DNA of 39,662 bases from Fidelibacterota bacterium. Lineage in GTDB: Bacteria; Fidelibacterota; UBA2242. The translations under genes and the position numbers were made by a program. Of this stretch, positions 1 to 10,300 are shown one piece after another; position 1 is the first letter of the stretch, and every line of letters starts with the position of its first letter. The notes under the pieces were generated by a model, which had not been told where the DNA came from, ran no database searches, and saw only the letters and a program-made list of their open reading frames with translations. The stretch lies in NCBI GenBank assembly GCA_023133185.1, contig JAGLWX010000067.1, forward strand, positions 1-39,662, given 5' to 3'.

Positions 1-30
1 CGTGCCAAGGAGGGGAAAGAGGGGAAATTA
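1..30. repeat. Window-edge fragment of the nested-hairpin repeat family (right arm GCCAAGGAGGGG plus downstream GGGG box)
   Basis: cgtgccaaggaggggaaagaggggaaatt matches the core of the elements at 4136-4185 and 35200-35245 (CCCCTCCTTGC[C/T]AAGGAGGGG-AAAAA-GGGGAGGTT). It is truncated by the window edge. Confidence 0.5.
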
Positions 31-334
31 TATCATCTCGACATAATATTAGGTACAGCACTTAAATTTCGGGGCAACTTCAGTTGTTTTAATCATTGAT
101 TTCAACCAATCTTATGTAATCTCTATCACACTAACAAGTTCAGAAACTTTCTCCTGTGCGTAAAATCACAGCCATTTATGGCTTTAATAAATAGTTTTTA
201 CCTGAACATGAAGTGGAGATATTACAGCGAAGTCAGTAAACGAATGAATAACAGGTTGAGTTATTTTAGCCAATTTATTGCATTTTTACGATGGTAACAG
301 TATATTGAAGTGTATTAACAAACAAAAACAAAGC

Positions 335-340
335 AGGAGG
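335..340 (+). promoter_or_regulatory. Shine-Dalgarno AGGAGG, 5 nt upstream of ATG 346
   Basis: The sequence reads aagcAGGAGGtttttATG. Confidence 0.7.
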
Positions 341-345
341 TTTTT

Positions 346-3300
346 ATGAAGAAAGTAGCAACAATTCTATTGACGATTACATTGCTTTTCTCGTTTGTTA
401 TCGGTGCCAACACCGATAAAGCTGTCAAGCGAGTGCAGTGGAGTCGTATGATGACGTCTGAATTTACTCAGTCTGATCAGGCTGATGTAAAAGCGGATAT
501 TCAAAAGGTCATGCAGTTGAAAATCGATCGGAACGAGATTAAGCAGATTCAAATGAGCAAGACTCATCGAACTCAGTCCGTACCGGAAAAATCCATAAGT
601 ACGCAGATATTCCGGACTACCAAAGGGTTTGTGCCGGTTAAAGCAGAATTTGATACGATGATGATGGATACAGCAGTCATCAATTTTATTGAACCTGATA
701 CAATCTGGTATATTGGTGGAGACACATTCGTGTTTCAGATTTTTTCCTATGATACTGTCCTGATAGAATTCTATGTCGATGATGGTGACAGCATTTTTGA
801 TCCGGATTCGGATTTTTATGTAGATTTTGATGAAGAAGACATGGAAGATATTAAAGTATGGGATGGTATTGAGTTTGATGAATCGCCCCCTGGTGATGGA
901 ATCTTCCAGGTAACAATTAACACTTCAAGCGTAGATGAAGGTCCAAATCCATTATTAGGGTTGCAAAATGCTGTAATTTTTATTTATGCAGAAGAGGTGA
1001 CGAGTGAACTGAGTTCGATAGGCACCGCTTATGTTGGAGCGCCGGATGAAAATACCAGTATTGAAGGTACGGTTATGGTAAGCACAAACAAAGGGGAATT
1101 ATGGCCGGGCACGAATCTTCTTGTATTTGCCATACAGTTTCCCGATTTTGGACCTACGCCTCCAAAAGGTGAAGGTGGAGATGACTGGGAACCGTTGATC
1201 GGATTTCTTACCATGACCAATGACACGGGATATTACAAGATTGAAATTCCTGATATGTTTCGAGGTCAATATATAATTGGCGTAGTAGATATATGGCAGC
1301 AGTATCCCGGATATTTTCCTGATCCGGAATACTATGAAATGTCGATTATGGGCGATATTCCCGGCTTCGATTTTGTATTGAGAGAGGCAACTGAAAAAAT
1401 CTATGGTTATGTTCTTGATGAGCTGGGAAATCCTGTTCCCGGTATCCATGTCTGGGCGGAAGGACCTAGCGGGATCGAGGCTGTAACCGATGGGACCGGA
1501 TATTATGAACTGCCTGTTGTGCCGGGCTGGTGGGAAGTCGGAATAGAGGAATATGATATTTATGGCATTTATATGATGATTGGCGAACAATACCTGGAAG
1601 TCTTTACAGACGGTGATCATCCTGCAGACTTTGTGCTGTACAGTCTAAATGAGTCCTTTACCGGTTTTGTCGGAACACCCGACGGAATGCCTGTTCCTGA
1701 TATGGAAGTATATGCCGATATCTGGATGGGTGAAAAAGGCGGTTTCTATTGGAACTACACCCATACCGACGAATCTGGAAATTATGAACTGTTTGTTTCC
1801 ACATCGCTTCAAGGACAGCTGGTTTATACCGATTGGGGTGATACAATGATCACCTCTTATTGGGTTGGTGCCTGGATGGATGGCGCCATAATAACGCCCG
1901 ATGGTTATCATGATATGTACGCTCCGGCTGCAGATATTGATTTTACCGTATTAATTTCCGATGCGATGTTGAGTGGTATTGTATATGATGCTGTAAGTCA
2001 AAATCCACTTTATGATGCCGGTGTTCATGCGTGGATGCCTATGCCTGATAGCGGTAAAGGGCCCAATGGATATATGCCAATGTTTGAATGTTGGGCATAT
2101 ACCGATGAAAACGGTTATTATGAATTGCCCTTGATCGGTGGTCCTCCGCCGGATGGGAATACATGGATTATCGATGTGTACTGGCCATGGGAATGGATGC
2201 CTTCCGTATTTGATTCCCTAAACGTTGTATCCGGGAATAATTATACACGTGATTATTACATTGATCCACCTGTTACTAATGGTATAATTGAAGGATATGT
2301 TTTTGATGAGAACGGTTATGGTATCTCCAATGCCAGGGTTGAAATATACGGTCCTGAATATTATGAGTTATATACCGATGGCGGCGGAAAATTTTATATT
2401 GATCAGATACCTTTTGGTTGGTATTCCGCAACCGCGTATGCCGAGGGCTATGAACCTTATGATATCTGGGATATATGGGTCGGGCAGCAGCCGGTCTATC
2501 TGGAATTCTGGATGGGAAGTATTGTCGGTGATATAATGATTGAAGGTGTTGTCACCGACGCAACAACTTCCGAGCCGATCCGAGGCGCTATTTTGATGGC
2601 ATTTAACTGGGATTTTTATGAACCATTTACACTCTTCACTGACTCTACCGGTCATTACGAATTAAAAGTGAGACCCGGATTATATGATTTTCAGGTTGGA
2701 GCCAATGGATACTCGGTACAGTACTTAGATAGTGTTGATGTAGTTAATGATACATTGATCAATTTCTTACTTAATTTGGCGGCGATTTCCGATACATTGA
2801 GTGGAAATGTTGTCGATGATATGAATAATCCATTACGGAAAGTGTTCATTTACCTTGAATCTGATAATTACATCGGTTATACACATACCGATTTTATGGG
2901 ACACTACGTGATTGGTTTGCCTGCCGGATATTACGATGCCATGTATTTAAAGAATGGATTTAATCCTGAATGGCGTAGTTTTAACTTTCCAGCGGAAAGA
3001 CCGGAAGAGACTATTATGCTCTACCCGGAAGTCCATGTATTCGGACCTCAAATTCTTGATGTAACGGATGTTCCAATGGATCATGGTAAGAAAGTGCGTT
3101 TGACCTGGAAGAGAGCGGAAGGATTAGAGGGCGCAGTTAAAGAGTATCAGATATGGCGGGCAATTGAACCAATGGGCGGTCCGGAGCCATACCAGGAATT
3201 TCAAACAGGATGGGATTATATAACTACTGTTCCGGTACATCCTGAATTGGATATTTTTAATGTTGTTGTTCCGACTCTGTATGATAAAGTGGGTGATAAT

Positions 3301-3972
3301 CCTTACTGGTCCGGTTTTACGGTGACAGCTATTGGTTATGACGGCTGGTCTTTTTGGAATTCGAATATAATGGCTGGTCAGTCGATAGATAACCTGCCGC
3401 CGGAAATCCCGCTTGGATTAACGGCTGTCGGTGGTGGAAACAGTATTGCATTGCAGTGGGAACCGGTAACGAGCGAGAAGATCAAATACTATTCGATCTA
3501 TCGGAAAACGGCTACAAGTGAATTCAGTATAGTCGGATATTCCACAATGCCTGAATTTACTGACGTCACTGTTTCCCAGACGGAAGTTTATACCTACACG
3601 GTTACGGCTACCGATTTCGGTTTGAATGAATCTGACAGAGCTATGCCATTCTCATTGTTGGCGATAGCAATCGAAGAAGTTGTTGAACTTCCAACTGAAT
3701 TCGCACTGAAACCGAACTATCCGAATCCGTTCAACCCGGAAACCACGATTGAATTCGCTCTTCCGAAAACCAGCAAGGTAACCCTGACGATCTATAACCT
3801 GATGGGTCAGATGATTCAGGAATTGGTCAATTCGGAATATTCCGCCGGTTACCAGAGAGTGATCTGGAATGGTCGTGATTTTAACGGTAATTCTGTTGGA
3901 AGCGGTGTCTATATCTACGCCCTAAAAGCGGATAACTTCTCACAGACCAGAAAGATGATTCTGATGCGATAA
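346..3972 (+). CDS. Secreted multi-CarboxypepD_reg-repeat protein with Fn3-like domains and a T9SS C-terminal sorting domain
   Basis: 1208-aa ORF with a strong SD and signal peptide MKKVATILLTITLLFSFVIGA. At least six carboxypeptidase-regulatory-like beta-sandwich units are visible (IYGYVLDELGNPVPGIHVWAEG..TDGTGYYEL; IEGYVFDENGYGISNARVEIYG..GGKFYI; IEGVVTDATTSEPIRGAIL..TDSTGHYEL; LSGNVVDDMNNPLRKVFIYL..). An Fn3-like segment is present (IALQWEPVTSEKIKYYSIYR). The C-terminus NYPNPFNPETTIEF..GVYIYALKA..KMILMR is typical of Por/T9SS CTDs. Confidence 0.9.
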   Translation: MKKVATILLTITLLFSFVIGANTDKAVKRVQWSRMMTSEFTQSDQADVKADIQKVMQLKIDRNEIKQIQMSKTHRTQSVPEKSISTQIFRTTKGFVPVKAEFDTMMMDTAVINFIEPDTIWYIGGDTFVFQIFSYDTVLIEFYVDDGDSIFDPDSDFYVDFDEEDMEDIKVWDGIEFDESPPGDGIFQVTINTSSVDEGPNPLLGLQNAVIFIYAEEVTSELSSIGTAYVGAPDENTSIEGTVMVSTNKGELWPGTNLLVFAIQFPDFGPTPPKGEGGDDWEPLIGFLTMTNDTGYYKIEIPDMFRGQYIIGVVDIWQQYPGYFPDPEYYEMSIMGDIPGFDFVLREATEKIYGYVLDELGNPVPGIHVWAEGPSGIEAVTDGTGYYELPVVPGWWEVGIEEYDIYGIYMMIGEQYLEVFTDGDHPADFVLYSLNESFTGFVGTPDGMPVPDMEVYADIWMGEKGGFYWNYTHTDESGNYELFVSTSLQGQLVYTDWGDTMITSYWVGAWMDGAIITPDGYHDMYAPAADIDFTVLISDAMLSGIVYDAVSQNPLYDAGVHAWMPMPDSGKGPNGYMPMFECWAYTDENGYYELPLIGGPPPDGNTWIIDVYWPWEWMPSVFDSLNVVSGNNYTRDYYIDPPVTNGIIEGYVFDENGYGISNARVEIYGPEYYELYTDGGGKFYIDQIPFGWYSATAYAEGYEPYDIWDIWVGQQPVYLEFWMGSIVGDIMIEGVVTDATTSEPIRGAILMAFNWDFYEPFTLFTDSTGHYELKVRPGLYDFQVGANGYSVQYLDSVDVVNDTLINFLLNLAAISDTLSGNVVDDMNNPLRKVFIYLESDNYIGYTHTDFMGHYVIGLPAGYYDAMYLKNGFNPEWRSFNFPAERPEETIMLYPEVHVFGPQILDVTDVPMDHGKKVRLTWKRAEGLEGAVKEYQIWRAIEPMGGPEPYQEFQTGWDYITTVPVHPELDIFNVVVPTLYDKVGDNPYWSGFTVTAIGYDGWSFWNSNIMAGQSIDNLPPEIPLGLTAVGGGNSIALQWEPVTSEKIKYYSIYRKTATSEFSIVGYSTMPEFTDVTVSQTEVYTYTVTATDFGLNESDRAMPFSLLAIAIEEVVELPTEFALKPNYPNPFNPETTIEFALPKTSKVTLTIYNLMGQMIQELVNSEYSAGYQRVIWNGRDFNGNSVGSGVYIYALKADNFSQTRKMILMR
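3691..3969 (+). other. T9SS (Por) C-terminal sorting domain of the 1208-aa protein
   Basis: PTEFALKPNYPNPFNPETTIEFALPKTSKVTLTIYNLMGQ..GVYIYALKADNFSQTRKMILMR. Confidence 0.8.
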
Positions 3973-3994
3973 AGTAATGGAAATCGCTATAAAA

Positions 3995-4019
3995 GGGGCG
4001 GGATATCCCGCCCCTTTTT
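3995..4019 (+). terminator. Rho-independent terminator
   Basis: Perfect 20-nt GC-rich palindrome ggggcgggatatcccgcccc followed by ttttt, 23 nt after the stop codon. Confidence 0.85.
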
Positions 4020-4085
4020 CATATTGAAACTGGAGCCGGGTATCTCTATTTTATAGTGATTTTCCTCAATGAGACCTCCTCGAGG

Positions 4086-4250
4086 TAAAAGTTTTGTCCT
4101 ATGAAACAATGTTGTTTGATTATGCAAACATATTAACCACCCCATAATCCCCTCCTTGCTAAGGAGGGGAAAAAGGGGAGGTTGATTGGAATCTTTATGA
4201 AATAAGGCTTTTTCCAGCTCAACTTTCCTAAATTACTATTCCACTTGTCA
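4086..4250 (+). repeat. MITE-like nested-hairpin element, copy 1
   Basis: About 105 nt are almost identical to the reverse complement of 35190-35295 (taaaagttttgt..tgcaaa..ttaaccaccccataatcccctccttgctaaggaggggaaaaaggggaggtt), with weaker similarity beyond. The core is an inner 10-bp stem (cccctccttg/caaggagggg) within an outer stem (aaccacccc/ggggaggtt). Confidence 0.7.
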
Positions 4251-4391
4251 ATGTGGTTTATCGTCTTAAAATACAAAATATTGCGCTATAAGGAATTTCC
4301 AATTTCGGGTTAACTTCAGTGAAATATTCATATTGAAATATAGCTATGGTATTTCTATCTTTATCAGAGGAATTAGAACGAATTTATTAAT

Positions 4392-5999
4392 ATGAAAAAC
4401 ACCTGTATAATTATCGCAATATTGACCCTTTGGATATTGTCCGTTTCTTTTGCGGAAGTATCGAAGGATCGGTTTTCGCGTCCTGAAATTTATTTTCGGT
4501 TTCAAATCGAATCGAAAGATGAATTGATAGAAATAACTCGGATCATCTCCATCGATAATGTTATTGGAGATACTGTTTATGCCTATGCGAATCGAAAAGA
4601 GTTTGAGAAATTTCAGAAATTAAATAAAAAGATAGAAATATTACCAGCGCCGTCATTAATGTTCAAACCGGAAATGAGCCAATCGGTAAAAAAAGCCACC
4701 GAATGGGATTCCTATCCTACTTATGACGCCTATGTTTCGATGATGTACCAATTTGCGGAGGACTATCCCGAAATATGCCGGATCGACAGTATCGGCGCAT
4801 CCGTCAACGGACGGGCGATTCTGTTTACGAAAATTTCGGATAATGTCAATTCCGACGAAGCCGAACCGGAATTTCTATATACATCCACAATGCATGGCGA
4901 TGAAACAACCGGTTTTGTCCTGATGCTGAGATTAATCGACTATTTATTACGGAATTATGGTGTGAATGAAAAAGTGACTTACCTCGTCGATAATCTTGAA
5001 ATCTGGATAAATCCGAATGCAAATCCTGATGGATCTTATTTTTGCGGTAATGATTCTGTTTATGGAGCCATACGATATAATGCCAATAGCGTTGACCTGA
5101 ACCGGAATTTCCCCGATCCTAAATATGGAGACCATCCGGATGGTAATCAGTGGCAGCCGGAAACAGTTGCGATGATGGATTTCGCCGATCAGCATCATTT
5201 TGTGTTATCCGCAAATTTTCATGGCGGCGCCGAAGTCGTCAACTATCCCTGGGATTGTTGGGAACGGCGCCACGCCGATGACGAGTGGCTTATCTGGCTT
5301 TGCCGTCAATATGCCGATACCGTTCACGCTTACAGCCCGTCAGGTTATATGGATCACTTAAATGATGAATATTTTAATAATGGTATAATTAACGGTTATG
5401 ACTGGTATCCGATTTATGGAGGTCGGCAGGATTACATGACCTATTTTCAGCATTGCCGTGAAACTACTATTGAAATTTCAGATACAAAATTACTTCCGGC
5501 ATCCTTGCTGCCGGCTCACTGGGAGTATAACCGGGCGGCTCTGCTGAATTATATGGCGGCGGCATTGACCGGTATTCGGGGAGAAGTCAAATACGGAAGT
5601 GATCCGCTTAATGTTCAGGTCAGGATTATAGATCATGAAAAAGATAATTCCTGGGTGTTTTCCGATTCAGTTTTGGGTGATTATTATCGTTTGTGTTTGC
5701 CGGGAGTGTATGATCTGGAATTCAGCAATGATCTTTTTACAAAAGTCATACGCCAAATTTCTGTCGAACCCGGAAATGCAACAATGGAAAATGTTTTTAT
5801 CCAATCAGGTTCTTTGGGTGATATTAATAACGACGGTTTTGTCAATATCACGGATATTATGCGGGTTGTAAATTTTATCACAGGTAGATTGACGCCGAGT
5901 AATGAGGAATTCAATCGATCGGATTGGAACAGTGATAATGAGTTAAATATAGCGGATATTATCGGGATCACTCAATATATTTTAAATCAAAGTCCGTAA
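4392..5999 (+). CDS. M14-family zinc carboxypeptidase with CarboxypepD_reg-like domain and C-terminal dockerin
   Basis: 535-aa ORF with a signal peptide. Zinc ligands sit in STMHGDETTG and NFHGGAEVVNYPW, with NPNANPDG and the catalytic-Glu context TTIEISD. A beta-sandwich segment is present (GIRGEVKYGSDPLNVQVRII..GVYDLEF). The two-segment dockerin is GDINNDGFVNITDIMRVVNFI / DWNSDNELNIADIIGITQYIL. There is no T9SS CTD. Confidence 0.9.
   Translation: MKNTCIIIAILTLWILSVSFAEVSKDRFSRPEIYFRFQIESKDELIEITRIISIDNVIGDTVYAYANRKEFEKFQKLNKKIEILPAPSLMFKPEMSQSVKKATEWDSYPTYDAYVSMMYQFAEDYPEICRIDSIGASVNGRAILFTKISDNVNSDEAEPEFLYTSTMHGDETTGFVLMLRLIDYLLRNYGVNEKVTYLVDNLEIWINPNANPDGSYFCGNDSVYGAIRYNANSVDLNRNFPDPKYGDHPDGNQWQPETVAMMDFADQHHFVLSANFHGGAEVVNYPWDCWERRHADDEWLIWLCRQYADTVHAYSPSGYMDHLNDEYFNNGIINGYDWYPIYGGRQDYMTYFQHCRETTIEISDTKLLPASLLPAHWEYNRAALLNYMAAALTGIRGEVKYGSDPLNVQVRIIDHEKDNSWVFSDSVLGDYYRLCLPGVYDLEFSNDLFTKVIRQISVEPGNATMENVFIQSGSLGDINNDGFVNITDIMRVVNFITGRLTPSNEEFNRSDWNSDNELNIADIIGITQYILNQSP
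5817..5985 (+). other. Dockerin (two Ca-binding segments) at the C-terminus of the M14 peptidase
   Basis: GDINNDGFVNITDIMRVVNFITG...DWNSDNELNIADIIGITQYIL. Confidence 0.75.
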
Positions 6000-6091
6000 A
6001 ATTATTGCTTTACAATTTCAATGGTATTCGTTAATCTAAGTAGGTGTATGCAAGTCTATGATAAAAAAAGAAAATTATTAATTGATTTAAG

Positions 6092-6567
6092 AACAAGGAT
6101 TAACGATTTTTGATTTGAGAAGTTAAAGACAGATGAATAAATTTGACCTTGAAGAACGATTAATAGATTTTTCAGTATTGATTATTGAAATAGCGAGTGA
6201 AATGCCAAATACAAAAGCAGGAAGTCATTTATCAGGGCAATTAATTCGATCAGGGACATCTGTTTCTTTAAATTATGGAGAGGCTCAAAGTGGAGAGTCC
6301 CGAAAAAACTTCATTCATAAAATAAAAATTGTGCTGAAAGAGTTAAGAGAAACTTTCATCTGTTTGAAAATCATATTCAGAACAAAATTGTATAAATCTG
6401 AGGGAAAAATTAAAACAGCCCTGAATGAAAGTGACGAATTAATATCAATATTCGTAAAGAGCGTTGAAACAGCACAAAAGAATATGGAGAAGTGAAATCT
6501 TTGCCGAAGGCATGCCTATGGCAAAATCATAAAATAAATCAGAAATCGCTATTCGTTAATCCTTGTT
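6092..6567. repeat. Perfect 15-bp inverted repeat pair bracketing the four-helix-bundle ORF (IVS-like cassette)
   Basis: aacaaggattaacga (6092-6106) and tcgttaatccttgtt (6553-6567) are exact reverse complements. Similarity extends further (gatttttgattt / gatttctgattt). A third partial copy, tattcgttaatc, lies at 6025-6036. Confidence 0.75.
6133..6495 (+). CDS. Four-helix-bundle protein (23S rRNA intervening-sequence protein family)
   Basis: 120-aa ORF. The pattern SGQLIRSGTSVSLNYGEAQSGESRKNFIHKIKIVLKELRET is characteristic of the TIGR02436/PF05635-type family. Confidence 0.8.
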   Translation: MNKFDLEERLIDFSVLIIEIASEMPNTKAGSHLSGQLIRSGTSVSLNYGEAQSGESRKNFIHKIKIVLKELRETFICLKIIFRTKLYKSEGKIKTALNESDELISIFVKSVETAQKNMEK

Positions 6568-6651
6568 GGATATTCAAGGAAGCAGAAAGATTATACTGGA
6601 AGGTAATTATGAAAAGTTCAAATAAAACAATCTCTGATAACTAATAGAACA

Positions 6652-7299
6652 ATGCAAAAATTAATACTAATCCTTGTTGTTTTATTGCTACTGTGGGGCT
6701 GCGCTTCCCATCCGACGATCAGTCCGATACCTCTAAAAGAGGGCGAGGCCTATTCCGCCGTCACTTTTTCCGTCGAGAACATTTTACCTGTATTTGTCTA
6801 TCGTAAGGGATTAAGCGACGTCAGCGACATCGGATTCAGGATTGGACTGCCCATTTATGGTACCGGTATCGATTATTCGAGAACAGTTTTTCAGCGCGGT
6901 GAATTTTATGACATTATCAATTTCGGATTTTCGCTGACTCCGAATTCCAACATTGACATGACCTATTACAGTGTCCGCACTTTTCCCAAGAAACCGGGAA
7001 ACGCGTTTTATACCGGTTTTCGCGCTATGTATATTCCAAACGGAATTAATGGTAAAGAGAGTATGCGGGTTGGCGCTCTGGTGGGACTTCGGATAAATAA
7101 TAAGGTTGGCGTTGAGCTGGGTTATTTTCATGACCTGGATAAAGGACAGCCCATCGAAAAGATTTTTTCCATGAAACCTGAAAATGACCCGCGGTATCCG
7201 GCTATAACTGATTTTGGTTTACCCTCTGAACATTCCCGCCTTGTAGGATTATCCCTGCAGGTGTCTTTAAGCACTTCCGTTTTTCAGAAGAAAAAATAA
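6652..7299 (+). CDS. Hypothetical lipoprotein
   Basis: 215-aa ORF with signal peptide and lipobox (LLLLWGC|ASHP). No recognisable catalytic motifs. Confidence 0.7.
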   Translation: MQKLILILVVLLLLWGCASHPTISPIPLKEGEAYSAVTFSVENILPVFVYRKGLSDVSDIGFRIGLPIYGTGIDYSRTVFQRGEFYDIINFGFSLTPNSNIDMTYYSVRTFPKKPGNAFYTGFRAMYIPNGINGKESMRVGALVGLRINNKVGVELGYFHDLDKGQPIEKIFSMKPENDPRYPAITDFGLPSEHSRLVGLSLQVSLSTSVFQKKK

Positions 7300-7375
7300 A
7301 TTCTTAGAACAGTACTATATCACAGATTCTTGGATAAAAAATCAGTATATTGTGCAGAGAATAATGTAACTGTCT

Positions 7376-10300
7376 ATGAATAAACTTTTGTATTATATCA
7401 CCGCAATGATTCTCCTTCAGTCCATAATCTTTGGGTCGGTCAGGCTGAACGACACGAATCTTGATCAATCTTCATATACAATTACACAATTTGCAACGTC
7501 ATCTGAACTCAGTCTGAAGATTACACTGGAATATCTTAAAATCAGTACAGTTACAGAGAATGGCAAACCATTTACCCGGATCGACATTCCCGGAGAAGGA
7601 TTTCAGTATGTGGTTGGCAAGCCCCGGCTTCCGGTGATTCGAAAAATGATTGAAATTCCAGAGGGCTGCAAAGTTGAATGGGACATTACAATTGATAAGG
7701 AAGAGGTCTTATCATTACGGAAAAATAATTATCACGAACCGATATTGCCGGTACAACCCTTTCAGCGAAAATCAGATCCCAAACAACAAACTTTTAGTAT
7801 TGATAAAGAACTTTATGAAAGCGACCATTTTTATCAGCCCGGCACGATTCGGATCGGAAGCATATTTCAGATGGGAGGTTTTCGAGGAGCGATGTTTGAA
7901 TTTTACCCTGTGGATTATAATCCGGTTCAAAATTCTCTTAAAATTCATTCAGAAGTAACTATTCAAATACGATTTATCAAAGATAGGATGGACTCAGAAT
8001 TTTTTGATAAACCCAAAGTGCCTCATCCCGAATTATCCAAAATAGCACGGGAGATGTTTATCAATTTTGATGAACCAAAAACTGAAATAACGCCGCAGCC
8101 ACTTAATCTTCTGGTAATAGCCGGAGACCGGTTTGTCGATCATCCTGATTTGCAGGAATATCTGAAGTGGAAGAGCCAGAGCGGGTTTTATGTTATCCTG
8201 AAATCTGTATCTGAGCTTGGAAACACGCCTGAGTCAATCAAGGATTCTATCAGCGCTGAATATAATGGGGATACCCCTCCCGCATATATCTTATTGATCG
8301 GTGACGTCGAGGATGTACCGGCGTGGAACGGAAGCGAAAGTGAAACCGAGACAGATGTTCCCTATACGCAGATATCGGTCGGAGATTATATTCCCGACCT
8401 CATGATCGGACGGTTTTCCGTTAGCAGCAATGAAGAGCTTTCCGCCGTTATTCATAAGTCAATGAACTATGAACAATGTCGATATGAAGATATAGAGGCG
8501 TTGAACAAGATAACATTTATTTCAACCGACGATGATGAAAGCTGGTGGATTGCCGAAGGTTCTCACAATTATGTGATCAACAATCATTTGAATCCAAGAG
8601 GAATTCAAAGCGACCATATCAAAGGGCATTCCGGCGGAAATACTGCGGATATTCATCGGGCGTTAAATGATGGAAGAACTATCTGCCACTACTCCGGTCA
8701 CGGACTGGAATATGAATGGCAGGGACCGGAATTTACCATGACCGATATCGCAACACTGGATTCGTCGTCGGTCTCCTTTTTTGTCATAAGCAATGCCTGT
8801 GAAACCGGCAGTTATTTGATGGCGGAATGTTTTGGCGAAAGCTGGATCAGGGCAGAAAACCGGGGCGCATTTGCGTTTGTCGGAGCATCAAACAGTTCTT
8901 ATTGGGATCCTGATGATTGGATGGAACGCCGAATGTATGACGGTTATTTTCAGGAAGAAAAATATTCCATTAGCGCGATGGTTCAGCGGGGATTGTTTGA
9001 GAACTTCCAGCAAAACACGTCAATGGGAAAATACTATTACGATATATATAATATCCTGGGTGATCCGACAATTGTTCCGTGGATCGGGATTCCAAAAAGT
9101 CTGTCCGTAAACTACAACCCAATTCATTCTACCGATTCAGATCTGTTTGATGTAGTTGTTCAAAATGAAGGCGTTAATGTTGAGAATGCGAAAGTCACAC
9201 TTACTCGGGATTGGAATATTATTGGGTATGGGATCACAGATTTTGATGGTCGGGTATCGATAATACTCGATTCAACGATGCTTCAAACGGGTCAGATGCT
9301 GTTGACAGTTACAGGGAATCAGTACATCCCTTACATTGATACCGTCAATGTCATTCATCCGTTGACTGTAACGCTGGACACGTCGGCGATTCCGGTGGGT
9401 GAAACAACCCAGAAGGAAATAACTGTCCACGATTCCGACGCTAATCCATACGACAGTCTTGAAATTTACATAGCAGGGTGGACAGTTTCGGCGGATAGTC
9501 TGTTGGGCGTTACGGATTCGGATGGGGTATTGAATTTTCAAATTTTACCCAAATATGGTGAAACTCTCGCAATAAAAGGGAAAAACCCGGAGGATGAAAA
9601 CTTCTTATTTTCCGAACCTTTGCAAGTCAGCGGAGGAGTGTCTTTTCAAAATGCGGAGATAAGCGCCGGAGTTCCGGCATATGGAGTAACCGATGCATTA
9701 TTGCCGGGTAAAGTGGGTATCATTCAGGCAAGTTGTGATGAATCGAATTGTTCTATTGCTGTGTCCGGTTGCGGAATCGATACTGTTGCCAGTGGGAAAA
9801 TCATCGAAGTTGTCCCGGAATTTACCGGCGTCATTCGTGCCGGTATTTTGATGCAGGGCTACAATGTATTTGAAGAATCCTTTGCCGTAAAAAAGGTTTA
9901 TGGAACAGTAAGCGGATTGGTGAATGATACAAATCACCAGGCTTTAGCCGGTGTATCAATCGCAGGATTTCTGTTACCGGATACGATTGATGCGGTTTTT
10001 AATTGTGTGACAAATGACGCCGGTGAATATTCTTATCAGCTATCTGTGGAAGTTGGCGAATACCGGATCAAGGCAAGTCTGTTTGGTTATCTCTCACAGA
10101 CTTTCGATCATATTATTCAAACCGGTGAAAATACAATAGGTATTGAGATGAACGAATTAGCCCGGACAATGGTATCCGGATCAGTCACCGGGAATCCATC
10201 CGAACAGCCTCTGGATGCAGAAATCGTTCTCTATCGAATGGATGATAACGAGCTTCCAATTTATCATACAACGGTTACGACATTGGCGTCGGAAGGAGGC

